Shown here piece after piece: positions 46,057-55,924 of a DNA stretch of 64,000 nucleotides (positions are counted from its first letter, which is position 1; each line of letters begins with the position of its first letter). Position numbers and translations under genes: made by a program. Location: contig JAQTSY010000003.1 in NCBI GenBank assembly GCA_028711065.1, positions 65,136 through 129,135 of the forward strand. The letters are read 5' to 3'. A model generated the notes under the pieces. The model searched no databases, was not told the DNA's origin, and saw only the letters and a program-made list of their open reading frames with translations. This DNA comes from Minisyncoccota bacterium (GTDB lineage Bacteria; Patescibacteriota; Minisyncoccia; Phycocordibacterales; JAQTLZ01).

Positions 46057-47742
46057 TTAGATATTGTTAATTTTTTCTTTCGAGAGAGCAATCCAAGAAT
46101 CGTTTCCTGAAACAAGCTTCGCTTTCGCAATAACTCGCTTAAGAACTTCGCTTGCAATCGCCTTTTCAGCTTTTGCTTTCTTCATAATCGAAGCAATTGC
46201 ATCTTGAGATACAACCACATTTTCCTTTCGAGCTTCCTCTTCGAGAGAGCTTACGAGTGCGCTATTTTTAGCCATATCTCGAAGCACTTTCTTTCGGAAG
46301 ATGAAGTATGCGATCCATGCACTCCAGAGAATAAGAGCTCCAACGAATCCGACGAGCTTCCATGAAAGTTCAAGACCAGTATATGGAACCTGCGAGAGAT
46401 ACACTGCGGAAGAAAGCGGAGCGGCAGGAGGAAGAGTCGTAACTGTTACAGATGTTCCAAGCGTGCCTGTGATAAACACTGACCCGCAGTCTTCAGTCTG
46501 ACTATCTCCATTAGAACGGACAGTCAAAGAAACTCTTTTCGTTCCTGTTGAATCGTATCGAGTACGAAGACTTTCATTTGTTTTGCTTCCAATATTATCG
46601 GATGTTCTCCAAGAATAAGTATAGTCTCCATCACCCCCAGAGACATCGGATGACCAGTATACTACATCTCCAACTCGAGCATTGTGACGATCTGCTTCAC
46701 AAGTGAACGAGAGATCTCGGTTGTTATTTCTATCGACAGTCGCGCTACAGTTTCGAGTAATCGTCTGATTTCCAGATCGCACTTCTACTGTAGCTCGTTT
46801 CGTACCAGAACTTGAATATGATTCTTGCTCTGTTCGTGAACTTCCGGAAACAGCTCCGCTCCAATCGTATGAATACGAACCTGTTCCTCCAGAAGGAAAA
46901 ACTCTCCAAGTGACCGTTTCGTCACGATCTACATTGTTCGGACTTGCCTCACAATATGCATCAAGATTATTCTGCTCTTCCTGTACGAAAGTCGTACAAG
47001 AAGCAGTTTCTACCTGATTTCCAGATCGCACCTCAACAGTAGCGCGCTTAGTTCCAGAACTATTGTATGTTCTCGAAACATTCGAGCCTGAACCGGAAGC
47101 GTCACCGCTCCAGTTGTAGCTGTAATTGCCAATACCACCAGAAACGTTTGCTCTCCATGTTACGGAATCGCCAACATTTATATTCGTGTCACTTGCTACG
47201 CAATAGACAGAAAGTTGAGCGGGTACCGGAGTAGGATGTGGGGTTGGATGCGGAGTCGGACGCGGTGGAGGAGGCGGTGGGTAACAATTATATGAACAGC
47301 CAGGATTGTAGTTACAACCGTATGAACAGCCCGTATCATAATTATTGTAGTATCCAGTATTACAACCATACGAACAACCGTTGTCGTAATTATTATCGTA
47401 ATAGGTGCTATTACAATCAGTACAATCGGTATTGTCGTTGTATGTCGTACCGTAGTCGGTATTATCATTATAGGTAGTACCCCAATCAGTGCTGTCATTG
47501 TACGTAGTACCCCAATCCGTATTATCGTTGTATGTCGTACCCCAATCTGTACTATCATTATAGGTAGTACCCCAGTCAGTGCTGTCATTGTACGTAGTAC
47601 CCCAATCACCATTGTCGCTGTAATCATCCGCCAAAGCTTTTGTAGCGAATGGAAGAGTTGTACTAAAAAGTGCAACAACGAGAATAAGTATTCCCGCTAC
47701 TGTTTTAGCTGTATTCTTCTTTACTGAAAAAATGTTTTGCAT
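46057..47742 (-). CDS. Cell-surface protein with decapeptide repeats, three PKD/Ig-like domains and a VPYTG sorting signal
   Basis: Signal peptide; DWGTTYNDST x6; three GG.G.Y.Y.W..GTKR modules; VPYTG-TM-RKK. Confidence 0.8.
   Translation of the reverse strand: MQNIFSVKKNTAKTVAGILILVVALFSTTLPFATKALADDYSDNGDWGTTYNDSTDWGTTYNDSTDWGTTYNDNTDWGTTYNDSTDWGTTYNDNTDYGTTYNDNTDCTDCNSTYYDNNYDNGCSYGCNTGYYNNYDTGCSYGCNYNPGCSYNCYPPPPPPRPTPHPTPHPTPVPAQLSVYCVASDTNINVGDSVTWRANVSGGIGNYSYNWSGDASGSGSNVSRTYNSSGTKRATVEVRSGNQVETASCTTFVQEEQNNLDAYCEASPNNVDRDETVTWRVFPSGGTGSYSYDWSGAVSGSSRTEQESYSSSGTKRATVEVRSGNQTITRNCSATVDRNNNRDLSFTCEADRHNARVGDVVYWSSDVSGGDGDYTYSWRTSDNIGSKTNESLRTRYDSTGTKRVSLTVRSNGDSQTEDCGSVFITGTLGTSVTVTTLPPAAPLSSAVYLSQVPYTGLELSWKLVGFVGALILWSAWIAYFIFRKKVLRDMAKNSALVSSLEEEARKENVVVSQDAIASIMKKAKAEKAIASEVLKRVIAKAKLVSGNDSWIALSKEKINNI
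47428..47607 (-). repeat. Six tandem 30-bp coding repeats
   Basis: D(W/Y)GTTYND(S/N)T x6 with synonymous variation. Confidence 0.9.
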
Positions 47743-47891
47743 AATGTTTTAATTGCCTAAAAAAGCCATGATTGAAGCCGTTTTTAAGCTCTTTTAATTA
47801 CCTTACTCTTGTATTATATAGTATATAGATACTATTGTCAAGTATTTAGCTTGATCCCCTAATACAGCACCTCATGCCGAGGTTAAGAACT

Positions 47892-48554
47892 TTAGAGATC
47901 TGTGCTCCCAGAAAAATCAGCTTCGACAACGTAGCGCTGTTGTTTTGTGCCGAAAGTGTCGCACGTAGAGAGCGTGAGCATCTTTCTTTGTGTAGAAAAC
48001 TCCACAAGTGCCTTGCTCGCATCCACAAGAGTTACTTTAGAAACAATGTACGAATAATCTTTGGTCTGGGAGAGAACATGGATTACATCGCCCCGTTTTA
48101 AAACTTTAATCTGGGTAAATACTTTGAAAGCTTGATTATGGATAACGGAAAGATTCGATCCGTGACCGAAAAGAAACATATTCCCCACTCCCAGATATCC
48201 AGAGCCCGGATAATGGACGACGCCTTTCAATAGTTCGTTATCTAGGGCGTCAATATCGGTAGTCGAAGGATTTCGTATCGGAGAATCGACTCCAATATTT
48301 GCGATTTTAATGCGGATAGGCTCCTCACCTTGGGCAGTGGCAGCCGGCGTGGACGAGGTTCCTGAAGCAGAAACAATTTCAGTCGGGCTCGGCAGAGACG
48401 GCTCCTCATTGGTCGGTGCAAGCTCGAGAGGAATAAACCCAAGGGCATACAGAATTCCGAAAGATACAAAAAAGACGGCGAAAAATATTCCAAGAAACAA
48501 GAGCTTGTTCTTAAAAGAACTGTCTGTAATGAGATTACCTTTGTTCGATGACAT
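47892..48554 (-). CDS. Sortase
   Basis: N-terminal TM, GVVHYPGS, FGH, LTLSTC, RYVVEA (His-Cys-Arg triad). Confidence 0.92.
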   Translation of the reverse strand: MSSNKGNLITDSSFKNKLLFLGIFFAVFFVSFGILYALGFIPLELAPTNEEPSLPSPTEIVSASGTSSTPAATAQGEEPIRIKIANIGVDSPIRNPSTTDIDALDNELLKGVVHYPGSGYLGVGNMFLFGHGSNLSVIHNQAFKVFTQIKVLKRGDVIHVLSQTKDYSYIVSKVTLVDASKALVEFSTQRKMLTLSTCDTFGTKQQRYVVEADFSGSTDL

Positions 48555-48644
48555 TTTTTAAATATAGCACGAAAGATGTAATTCGTCGTTTCTCCTTGCG
48601 ACCACAGTTGACATTAAATAAATAGTATCATATAATACCCTATT

Positions 48645-49910
48645 ATGGAAAACGACGAACATAAGCCGGATGTGGAGGTAAATTTCCACGAAGAACCTCC
48701 CAAAAAGAATGGGACGGGAGAATTTGTGAAAAAGGCCTTAATAATCGCGCTTATCATTATTCTTATCATCGTAGGAAGCTGGGGAGTTATCAAATTGGCT
48801 CCTTCTATTTTCTCTTCTCTTGCCTCCGTTTCCGTCTCTGTCTCTTCTATTTTTAAACCGAAAGCAACTCCTAAGCCTTCCCCTTCACCAGTAACTACAC
48901 CGACTCCGGTGATTATCGAAAGCACCCCAACACCGACCCCTGCTCCTGTTGTTTCTTACCCAGATAATTCTGGAACTACCGACTACACGCCAACTCCAAC
49001 ACCATATACCGAATACAATACCTACAATCAAAACACGAAGGCTGATTTAGTTTTGCATATTCTCGCGACCGGAGTCATCGACCGAAACACAAATGTATTC
49101 GTCACTCGCCCTTCAATAGACGCCAGTGAGCGCGCAGCTGTCCGATTTGAAGTCATTAACAACGGCGGACAAGCAAGCGGACCTTGGACATTCAGTATGC
49201 TCATGCCGGTTACTGCCGGAAAAGATGTATACGCTTCTCCGATAGAACGCTCACTCACCCCTGGAGATAGAATGGAAATCACTGTTGGCTTCGACAATAT
49301 CCGCTCTGGACGACAGCCTGTCACGATAAGTGTTGACGAAGGAGGTCTTGTTTCAGAATCAAGAAAAGACAATAACGCAAGCACCGTGTATTTCAGCGTA
49401 ACAGGAAATAATTTCTACCAAAATGCAGACCTCTACTATCCTGGTATAAATAATTATTACGGAAATGGACTTCCTGATCTTGCTATCCGAGTTATCGGCA
49501 TTGGCATTATGGATCCATACACTGGGGCATTTCGACCCACAGGACAGCTCTATTCAAGCCAGAGAATTGGAGTGCAGTTCGAAGTAAGAAATGATGGAAG
49601 TCGTCCGACAGGAAGCTGGACATTTAGCGCTAATCTCCCTTCAAATACGGATAGTTTTTACACATCAGGATATGAACCTTCGCTCGCTCCAGGAGAAAGA
49701 ATTATCCTCACGATTGGATTTGATGGTCTCGACACGAACTATTCAGACAATAATTACGACTACAACTATTACAATGATAATTATCCTTACAACACGTACC
49801 GAGATAACTACACCGCTCCTATGACAATCACCGTTGATCAAAATCATAGAATTCAGGAGTTGAATGAAAATAACAATACTTTGAGGATCTCGATTCCAAT
49901 CGTATACTAA
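48645..49910 (+). CDS. Membrane-anchored protein with two CARDB-like Ig domains
   Basis: TM, PT linker, two DL..V.N.G..SL.PG..VD..E..NN modules. Confidence 0.75.
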   Translation: MENDEHKPDVEVNFHEEPPKKNGTGEFVKKALIIALIIILIIVGSWGVIKLAPSIFSSLASVSVSVSSIFKPKATPKPSPSPVTTPTPVIIESTPTPTPAPVVSYPDNSGTTDYTPTPTPYTEYNTYNQNTKADLVLHILATGVIDRNTNVFVTRPSIDASERAAVRFEVINNGGQASGPWTFSMLMPVTAGKDVYASPIERSLTPGDRMEITVGFDNIRSGRQPVTISVDEGGLVSESRKDNNASTVYFSVTGNNFYQNADLYYPGINNYYGNGLPDLAIRVIGIGIMDPYTGAFRPTGQLYSSQRIGVQFEVRNDGSRPTGSWTFSANLPSNTDSFYTSGYEPSLAPGERIILTIGFDGLDTNYSDNNYDYNYYNDNYPYNTYRDNYTAPMTITVDQNHRIQELNENNNTLRISIPIVY

Positions 49911-49915
49911 ATAAA

Positions 49916-49961
49916 AAAAAGCCCCGCGACATGATTTTGCTAAATCAGTCGCGGGGCTTTT
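49916..49961. terminator. Bidirectional terminator
   Basis: AAAAAGCCCCGCGAC..GTCGCGGGGCTTTTT. Confidence 0.8.
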
Positions 49962-49970
49962 TGATTTAAT

Positions 49971-52034
49971 TTAGATATCTATATTCGCCAATTTCGCATT
50001 GCTTTGAATAAACGATTTTCGTGCCGGCACATCCGTACCCATGAGAATGTCGAATACTTTGTCCGCCTCTTGGGCATCATCAATTGCAACTTGTTTCAAA
50101 ATGCGTCTTGCAGGATCCATCGTTGTCTCCCAAAGTTCTTCCGCATTCATTTCTCCAAGACCTTTGTAACGCTGAATTGCAATTTTTGCTGATTTCTTTG
50201 TATTTGCTTTTGTGTCCTCCGCTTCCTCTTCGGCTTCTTCACCATCAGCAAGTGATTCTGAAGTTTCTTCAATTTCTGCAGAAGCGTTTTTGCCGACAAT
50301 CTTTACTTTGTCCTCATCCGAATAGGCGTAATGAATTTCTTTTCCTTTCTTGATTTTATACAGAGGCGGTTGGGCGATATAGATAAATCCCCCATCAATG
50401 AGCGGACGGAAATATCGGTAGAAGAGAGTGAGAAGAAGCGTGCGGATGTGTGCACCGTCCACATCGGCATCGGTTGCGATGATAATTTTATGATAGCGCA
50501 GTTTACTGATATCGAATGTGTCGCCGATAGCAGTACCCACAGCAACGACAAGATTTTTGATCTGCTCTGATGCGAGCATCTTATCGAGTCGAGCTCGTTC
50601 GATATTTAGGATTTTTCCTCGTAGCGGAAGCACTGCCTGTACTCGCCTGTCTCGGCCAGTCTTTGCAGTACCTCCTGCGGAATCTCCCTCTACAATGAAG
50701 ACTTCAGATTCTGATGCGTCTTTTGACTGGCAATCTGCAAGCTTTCCTGGCAATGTCATTCCTTCAAGCGCGCCTTTTCGAAGCACGCTGTCTTTCGCAG
50801 CCTTAGCGGCTTTTCGAGCCTTCATAGCAAGCACTGCCTTGCTTATGATAGCCCGGCCATCATCAGGGTGTTCTTCCAGAAATGCGCTAAATGCCTCGCC
50901 GAAAACAGTGCTTACTGCTGACTGGGCTTCCACGGTTCCGAGTTTAGCTTTCGTCTGACCTTCAAATTGGATTTCGCGGATCTTTACCGAAACGACGGCA
51001 GTGAGTCCTTCGAGCACATCGTCCCCAGTGAAATTATCTTCGCTTTTTCCCCCTCCATTTTTATTAGAATAACTATTGAGTGTTCGGGTAAGCGAGGTTT
51101 TGAATCCTGTGATATGCGTTCCCCCTTCAGAGTTGTAGATGTTGTTTGCGAAAGCAAGTACGCGAGAACTGATGTCGTCAACATACTGAAGCGCAACTTC
51201 TACCGCCACATTATCCACCTCTTTCTCAACATAGAAAATATTTTTATGTACCGGCTTTTGAGTTTGGTTATAGAACTTAATCAAGGACATTAGTCCCCCT
51301 TCAAAATAGAAAGTGAACGAAGGGAGGTCTCGCCCAAGCTCTCGGAAATAAAAGACATCGGTCAAATCTACTTTTTCAAGATCTTTCGATTCCCTCGCGT
51401 CAATGACAGCAATTTTGAGACCCTTCACAAGATACGCCTGCTGTCGCATATGAGAAACGATCTTGTTCCATTCAAATTTTATTTCCTTGAAGATTTCGAT
51501 GTCTGGCTCGAAGGTAACAATCGTTCCGTGAAGTTTTGATGCGCCGATCTTCTTGACTGCCGCTTTTTTCTTTCCCTGCTTGTACTCCTGCATGTATTTC
51601 CCGCCGTCTCGATGCACAACAACTTGAGTGTAAATAGAAAGCGCATTCACCACAGACGCGCCCACGCCGTGCAATCCACCGGAAACTTTGTATCCTTCCC
51701 CACCGAACTTTCCTCCGGCATGAAGCGTAGTCATGATCGTCTCAAGCGCGGAAACTTTTGTAGATTTATGAATATCAACTGGAATACCTCGGCCGTTGTC
51801 TACGACTCGCACTTTATTTCCTGGCAATAAAACAATTTCAATGTCATTGGCAAAACCACCCATCGCCTCGTCGCGGGAGTTATCGAAAATTTCAGTGATG
51901 AGATGGTGGAGTCCATCCGGTCCTGTGGTACCTATATACATCCCAGGACGCTTTCGTACAGGCTCAAGACCCTCAAGAACAGTAATATCTTGAGCGCTAT
52001 ATGAACCTTTTGTTTTGACTTCTTCTTTAGGCAT
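49971..52034 (-). CDS. gyrB: DNA gyrase subunit B
   Basis: RKRPGMYIG, DNGRGIP, GGLHGVG, EGDSAGG, PLRGK, DADVDG, RYKGLGEM. Confidence 0.95.
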   Translation of the reverse strand: MPKEEVKTKGSYSAQDITVLEGLEPVRKRPGMYIGTTGPDGLHHLITEIFDNSRDEAMGGFANDIEIVLLPGNKVRVVDNGRGIPVDIHKSTKVSALETIMTTLHAGGKFGGEGYKVSGGLHGVGASVVNALSIYTQVVVHRDGGKYMQEYKQGKKKAAVKKIGASKLHGTIVTFEPDIEIFKEIKFEWNKIVSHMRQQAYLVKGLKIAVIDARESKDLEKVDLTDVFYFRELGRDLPSFTFYFEGGLMSLIKFYNQTQKPVHKNIFYVEKEVDNVAVEVALQYVDDISSRVLAFANNIYNSEGGTHITGFKTSLTRTLNSYSNKNGGGKSEDNFTGDDVLEGLTAVVSVKIREIQFEGQTKAKLGTVEAQSAVSTVFGEAFSAFLEEHPDDGRAIISKAVLAMKARKAAKAAKDSVLRKGALEGMTLPGKLADCQSKDASESEVFIVEGDSAGGTAKTGRDRRVQAVLPLRGKILNIERARLDKMLASEQIKNLVVAVGTAIGDTFDISKLRYHKIIIATDADVDGAHIRTLLLTLFYRYFRPLIDGGFIYIAQPPLYKIKKGKEIHYAYSDEDKVKIVGKNASAEIEETSESLADGEEAEEEAEDTKANTKKSAKIAIQRYKGLGEMNAEELWETTMDPARRILKQVAIDDAQEADKVFDILMGTDVPARKSFIQSNAKLANIDI

Positions 52035-52125
52035 TTATGAGCAAAAATACAAACAAAAAAGCACCCTTTTGGTACTCTTATTATAGCAAATTTAGCCTTA
52101 AAATGAAAGGGCTTTTTTGCTCTTT

Positions 52126-52318
52126 TGTGAACAGTTTTTGGAGAGTTTTTCAGCCTCAAAACCTTGCTATTTTTTACAAGATATTGTCTAAAAATCTAAT
52201 CCCCAACAAAGCAACAACTAAGCCACAGCTTCTCCACAGGCTTATGCACAAAACTAATTTGCGGGTTTTTTATACAAATGCATATAGTGTAAAAAGATGC
52301 GGAGATAAGGGGGGATAA
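52126..52318. promoter_or_regulatory. DnaA-box cluster
   Basis: TAATCCCCA, TAAGCCACA, TTCTCCACA, TTATGCACA and TTATACAAA, plus opposed TGTGAACAG and GGGGGATAA, in AT-rich intergenic DNA. Confidence 0.6.
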
Positions 52319-52599
52319 CCAAGTACATTTTGAAGGGAGAAAGTCATGCAACTGGCATGTGACAAACGGCAAGAGAACCTCTCTCTACTCCTATCAAAAC
52401 CGCGAGGTGCGGTAGGTGCAGAAAGAAGTAGCCTTTCCGGGTGTTCAAGAAGTGTCGTCGAGATTCTCACTTGCGGGAGAAAAAGGCCGCCGCGGGTGAA
52501 AAATCCTGGATGCTACCTTGCAACACATGTAGCAATCCATTTCAACCTTCCGTGACACAATCTGTTCTGTTTCGCCACCGACAGCGATACAGAACAGTT

Positions 52600-54543
52600 T
52601 TATTTTCTCAATTCGAAATTCTCCTTCTCCAGCGCTTCATAGACCTTCTCCATAAATCCATTCGCCTCGCTGTCTGTGAGTGTTTTTTCGTATGATTGGA
52701 AGACTAGGCGGAATGCCAGGGATTTCTTGTCTCCTTTTTCGAATACATCAAAAAGTTCCGGTCCCCGAACAACCAAATCCCCTGCTGATTGTTTGATTAT
52801 ATTTTGTACATCGACCTCTTTCGTAGCAGATGGGACAAAAAGCGCTACATCGCGAACAATGAACGGGAAAGGAGAAGGTTTTTTGTAGACAACTTCTGTC
52901 GCTTTGGCAAAATCATATTCTTTTGGTTCAGACAATTTTTCAATGCACACATCTAGATTAGCTTCCATAACATTTCCCGTGAGATTATGCGCCTCTGGAG
53001 CATCTCCTATTCCTGTCTTAAATGCGGAGGCGATTTTATCAAATTCAGCTTTTATAATCGCCTCACGGTTCTTTTTCATCCCTGTTTGAAATCCAATACC
53101 AAGTGCTGTATGTTCACCAGCTCCTTTTGAAAAAACTTTCCCTATCTCAAAAATACGAATTTCAGACAGACCAAGAAGAGGAGCTTCCAACACGCCTTGC
53201 AGCAAAGAATTTGTTAGTCCTGCCAAATTTTTTCGCAAGAACGCCTTATCTGTCGCAAGCGGGTTTTCAAGTTCTACTTCCCCACTCTCCTGAAGCGCGT
53301 ATGTGTAAACTTCGGTAAATCCCAGATTCGTGAGCACGTCTCGGAATTTGTTTTGGTAATAGACATTTTTATTGACCATGGAAGATTTCTGCATTTTCTC
53401 CATTGGTACGGGCTTAATGTTCTCGTATCCATACAATCTGCCAATCTCCTCGACAATATCTTCTGGCATTTCCAGATCAAGGCGCACGAATGGGATTGTA
53501 AGGGAAAGATTTTTACCTTTTTTCGTTACGCCGATTTCAAGCCGATTTAAAAGTTCAATAACCTTTGCTTCGCTAATTTCAACTCCTAAGAGCTTACTCG
53601 CCAGACTCGGATCAAAATCAATCACAGTTTGCTTTGCAGGGTTTGGATAGACATCTACAAGAGGCCCAATTTTGAATGGACTTTTTATGCAGTATTGAAG
53701 GAAAAATGTGAGCATCTCAATTCCGCTTGAAGCAAGCTCCGGAGTTATCTCATTTTCATAGCGCTTTGAAGCATCTGTCTTGATTCCAAGCCGAGTAGAA
53801 GTTTTGCGTACGTTTACCGGATCAAAATTGGCAGATTCTAAGATGAGGTTTTTGGTCGCCATTGTGACTTCCGCACGCTTCCCGCCTTTGACCCCCGCAA
53901 TAGCAATTGGTCCTTCGTCGTCAGCAATCACAAGCGTTTCAGCATCGAGAGTAATATCTTTGTAATCAAGTGTAGTGATTTTTTCCCCCTTTTTTGCGAG
54001 ACGTACTGTAATTCCCCCCACCACTTTATCCGCATCAAAAGCATGAAGCGGCTGACCGACATCGAACATCGCTCCGTTGGCATTATCAACAACAACATTT
54101 ATTGGTCGCTGGCCAACAACCGCTAAATCAGCCGAAAGCCAATCAGGCGAATCAGTAACAACCACATCTTCAATAACACGTCCGATGTATCGGCGACAGA
54201 GTTTCGGCTCTTCTATCTTTATTTTCAAGTCACGAACCTTAGCAATAGGAAACACTTTCGGCTCGATTTTTTTGAGTGGAATTCCAGTGATAGCAGAAAG
54301 CTCTCCGGCAACGCCTCGGTGTGAAAGACAATAATGTGCTCGGTCAGGAAGAATCTTCACATCCAAAGTCACATTTTCTCCCTTTTTCTCAATTCCTTCA
54401 ACCTCAAATGCATGAAAAGTGAAAAGCTTGGCGACCTCTTCCGGCGAAGGGAAGGCTTGGCCTGCCCCGTTAGAAGTAGGACTTGCTCCGTCAGTTCTGA
54501 CGGGGTCGAAATACATTGTGAGCCATTTGTAGGAGATGAGCAT
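52600..54543 (-). CDS. pheT: Phenylalanine--tRNA ligase beta subunit (short form without the OB domain)
   Basis: LISYKWL, PDR..CLSHRG.A.E, GQPLHAFD, R.DL..EDIVEEIGRLYGY, KSLAFRL. Confidence 0.95.
   Translation of the reverse strand: MLISYKWLTMYFDPVRTDGASPTSNGAGQAFPSPEEVAKLFTFHAFEVEGIEKKGENVTLDVKILPDRAHYCLSHRGVAGELSAITGIPLKKIEPKVFPIAKVRDLKIKIEEPKLCRRYIGRVIEDVVVTDSPDWLSADLAVVGQRPINVVVDNANGAMFDVGQPLHAFDADKVVGGITVRLAKKGEKITTLDYKDITLDAETLVIADDEGPIAIAGVKGGKRAEVTMATKNLILESANFDPVNVRKTSTRLGIKTDASKRYENEITPELASSGIEMLTFFLQYCIKSPFKIGPLVDVYPNPAKQTVIDFDPSLASKLLGVEISEAKVIELLNRLEIGVTKKGKNLSLTIPFVRLDLEMPEDIVEEIGRLYGYENIKPVPMEKMQKSSMVNKNVYYQNKFRDVLTNLGFTEVYTYALQESGEVELENPLATDKAFLRKNLAGLTNSLLQGVLEAPLLGLSEIRIFEIGKVFSKGAGEHTALGIGFQTGMKKNREAIIKAEFDKIASAFKTGIGDAPEAHNLTGNVMEANLDVCIEKLSEPKEYDFAKATEVVYKKPSPFPFIVRDVALFVPSATKEVDVQNIIKQSAGDLVVRGPELFDVFEKGDKKSLAFRLVFQSYEKTLTDSEANGFMEKVYEALEKENFELRK
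54465..54505. repeat. Palindromic element in frame inside pheT
   Basis: CCCCGTTAGAA..TTCTGACGGGG; encodes PVRTDGASPTSNG. Confidence 0.75.
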
Positions 54544-54554
54544 AGGAATTTACA

Positions 54555-55157
54555 TTAATCCATTTGTAAATGATGGGCATCATCTCTCTTTCGACGAATA
54601 TATTCTATAAAATCCTCTGGGACTCTGCTATCACTCCTCCATTTATGCCCTAGAGACTCAATCTCTCTCAACTTTTCATCTCTCTCTGATCTATCACCCC
54701 CTCGAAATCTTAAATGAAATTTATACTCCTTTCCGTCGGCTTCATCGGTTATAACATCTTCGATCGGTATGTCCCAGACCCTAATGCCACAGACCTTATC
54801 CAACCACTCCAAAACAGCTTCCATGTCGGGTGAAATTAAGTCAAATCTGCTTATCTCTCTTTTCTTTACGAGCTCATTTTCACGACGATTTCGAGAGTGA
54901 AACTTCTTAAGAAAGTTCCGTAACTCAATTTTTTCAAAGTTAGAGAGATTTTCAACACCAAAGATTTCAGAAAGTCTGAGTTCCGCAGAAATCAATGCTG
55001 CCGAAAGGTGCTCGGCTTCAGTGGGTTCTTTTCCAGAATCAATATTCAGAAATTCAAACTCCTGCCTACTTTTATCGGACCTTCGTTCTTCCCGAGCTTT
55101 TTGTAAGTCGAGTGCAACTTTTTTCTTTTCGTTTAGATCTGGAACTTTTTCGGACAT
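54555..55157 (-). CDS. Hypothetical protein between pheS and pheT
   Basis: 200-aa ORF abutting both neighbours. Confidence 0.65.
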   Translation of the reverse strand: MSEKVPDLNEKKKVALDLQKAREERRSDKSRQEFEFLNIDSGKEPTEAEHLSAALISAELRLSEIFGVENLSNFEKIELRNFLKKFHSRNRRENELVKKREISRFDLISPDMEAVLEWLDKVCGIRVWDIPIEDVITDEADGKEYKFHLRFRGGDRSERDEKLREIESLGHKWRSDSRVPEDFIEYIRRKRDDAHHLQMD

Positions 55158-55159
55158 AA

Positions 55160-55912
55160 TTATTTTTTAGGTTGCCACAAACGTAAATCTCCAGAATAAA
55201 GCGAACGAATGTCATCCACGCCATATTTGAGCATCACGAGACGATCCAGTCCAAAACCGAAGGCAAAACCGGTGTATTTTGTGTGATCAATGCCGACACC
55301 TTCGAGTACTTTTGGATTAACCATACCCCCGCCCATGACTTCTATCCAACCAGTGCCTTTGCAAAGCGGGCAGGTAGAATCTTTTCCGTTGCACTTAAAG
55401 CAAGAAACATCGATTTCCACACTCGGCTCGGTAAAGGGGAAAAAGCTGGGACGAAATCGGACATCAGCATCCGGACCATAGAGCTTTTTAAAAAAAGTAA
55501 TGAGCACTGATTTCATATTCGCGAGCGTAATTCCCTCACCAACCGCGAGCCCTTCCATCTGAAAAAATTGCGCTTCATGCGTTGCATCGGTGGCTTCATG
55601 GCGGAAAGTTTTGCCCGGAACAATAATGCGAATTGGCAAATTATTTTTATGCTTCTCCATATAGCGAATCTGCACCGGAGACGTATGTGTTCGTAAGAGT
55701 TTGCGAGCACTTATAGGTTTCAGCCAGAACGTATCCCACAAATCTCGTGCTGGATGATTGGCGGGAATATTCAAAGCATCGAAATTGTAATGTTCGGTCT
55801 CGATTTCCGGCCCTTCCGCCACCTCGAATCCAAGATCATTCCAAATCGAAACCGCCTGCCGAATGGTCTGGGTGATTGGATGCAAATATCCTTTTTTACT
55901 TTTTGTCTCCAC
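55160..55912 (-). CDS. pheS: Phenylalanine--tRNA ligase alpha subunit (short)
   Basis: HPARD, LRTHTS, FRPSFFPFTEPS, GFAFGFGLDRL. Confidence 0.97.
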   Translation of the reverse strand: METKSKKGYLHPITQTIRQAVSIWNDLGFEVAEGPEIETEHYNFDALNIPANHPARDLWDTFWLKPISARKLLRTHTSPVQIRYMEKHKNNLPIRIIVPGKTFRHEATDATHEAQFFQMEGLAVGEGITLANMKSVLITFFKKLYGPDADVRFRPSFFPFTEPSVEIDVSCFKCNGKDSTCPLCKGTGWIEVMGGGMVNPKVLEGVGIDHTKYTGFAFGFGLDRLVMLKYGVDDIRSLYSGDLRLWQPKK

Positions 55913-55924
55913 GCTTATAGTATA

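Noticed and set aside
47428-47607. 30-bp periodic repeat as a CRISPR array
   Set aside because: The units are contiguous with no unique spacers, in frame, and vary mostly at synonymous positions
50180-50300. Acidic insert in the GyrB C-terminus as another palindromic insertion
   Set aside because: It is a low-complexity Glu/Ala linker with no inverted repeat in the DNA
52346-52555. 69-aa plus-strand ORF with an SD-like GGGAG
   Set aside because: It has no recognisable motif and could be a decayed orphan; not supportable as a gene
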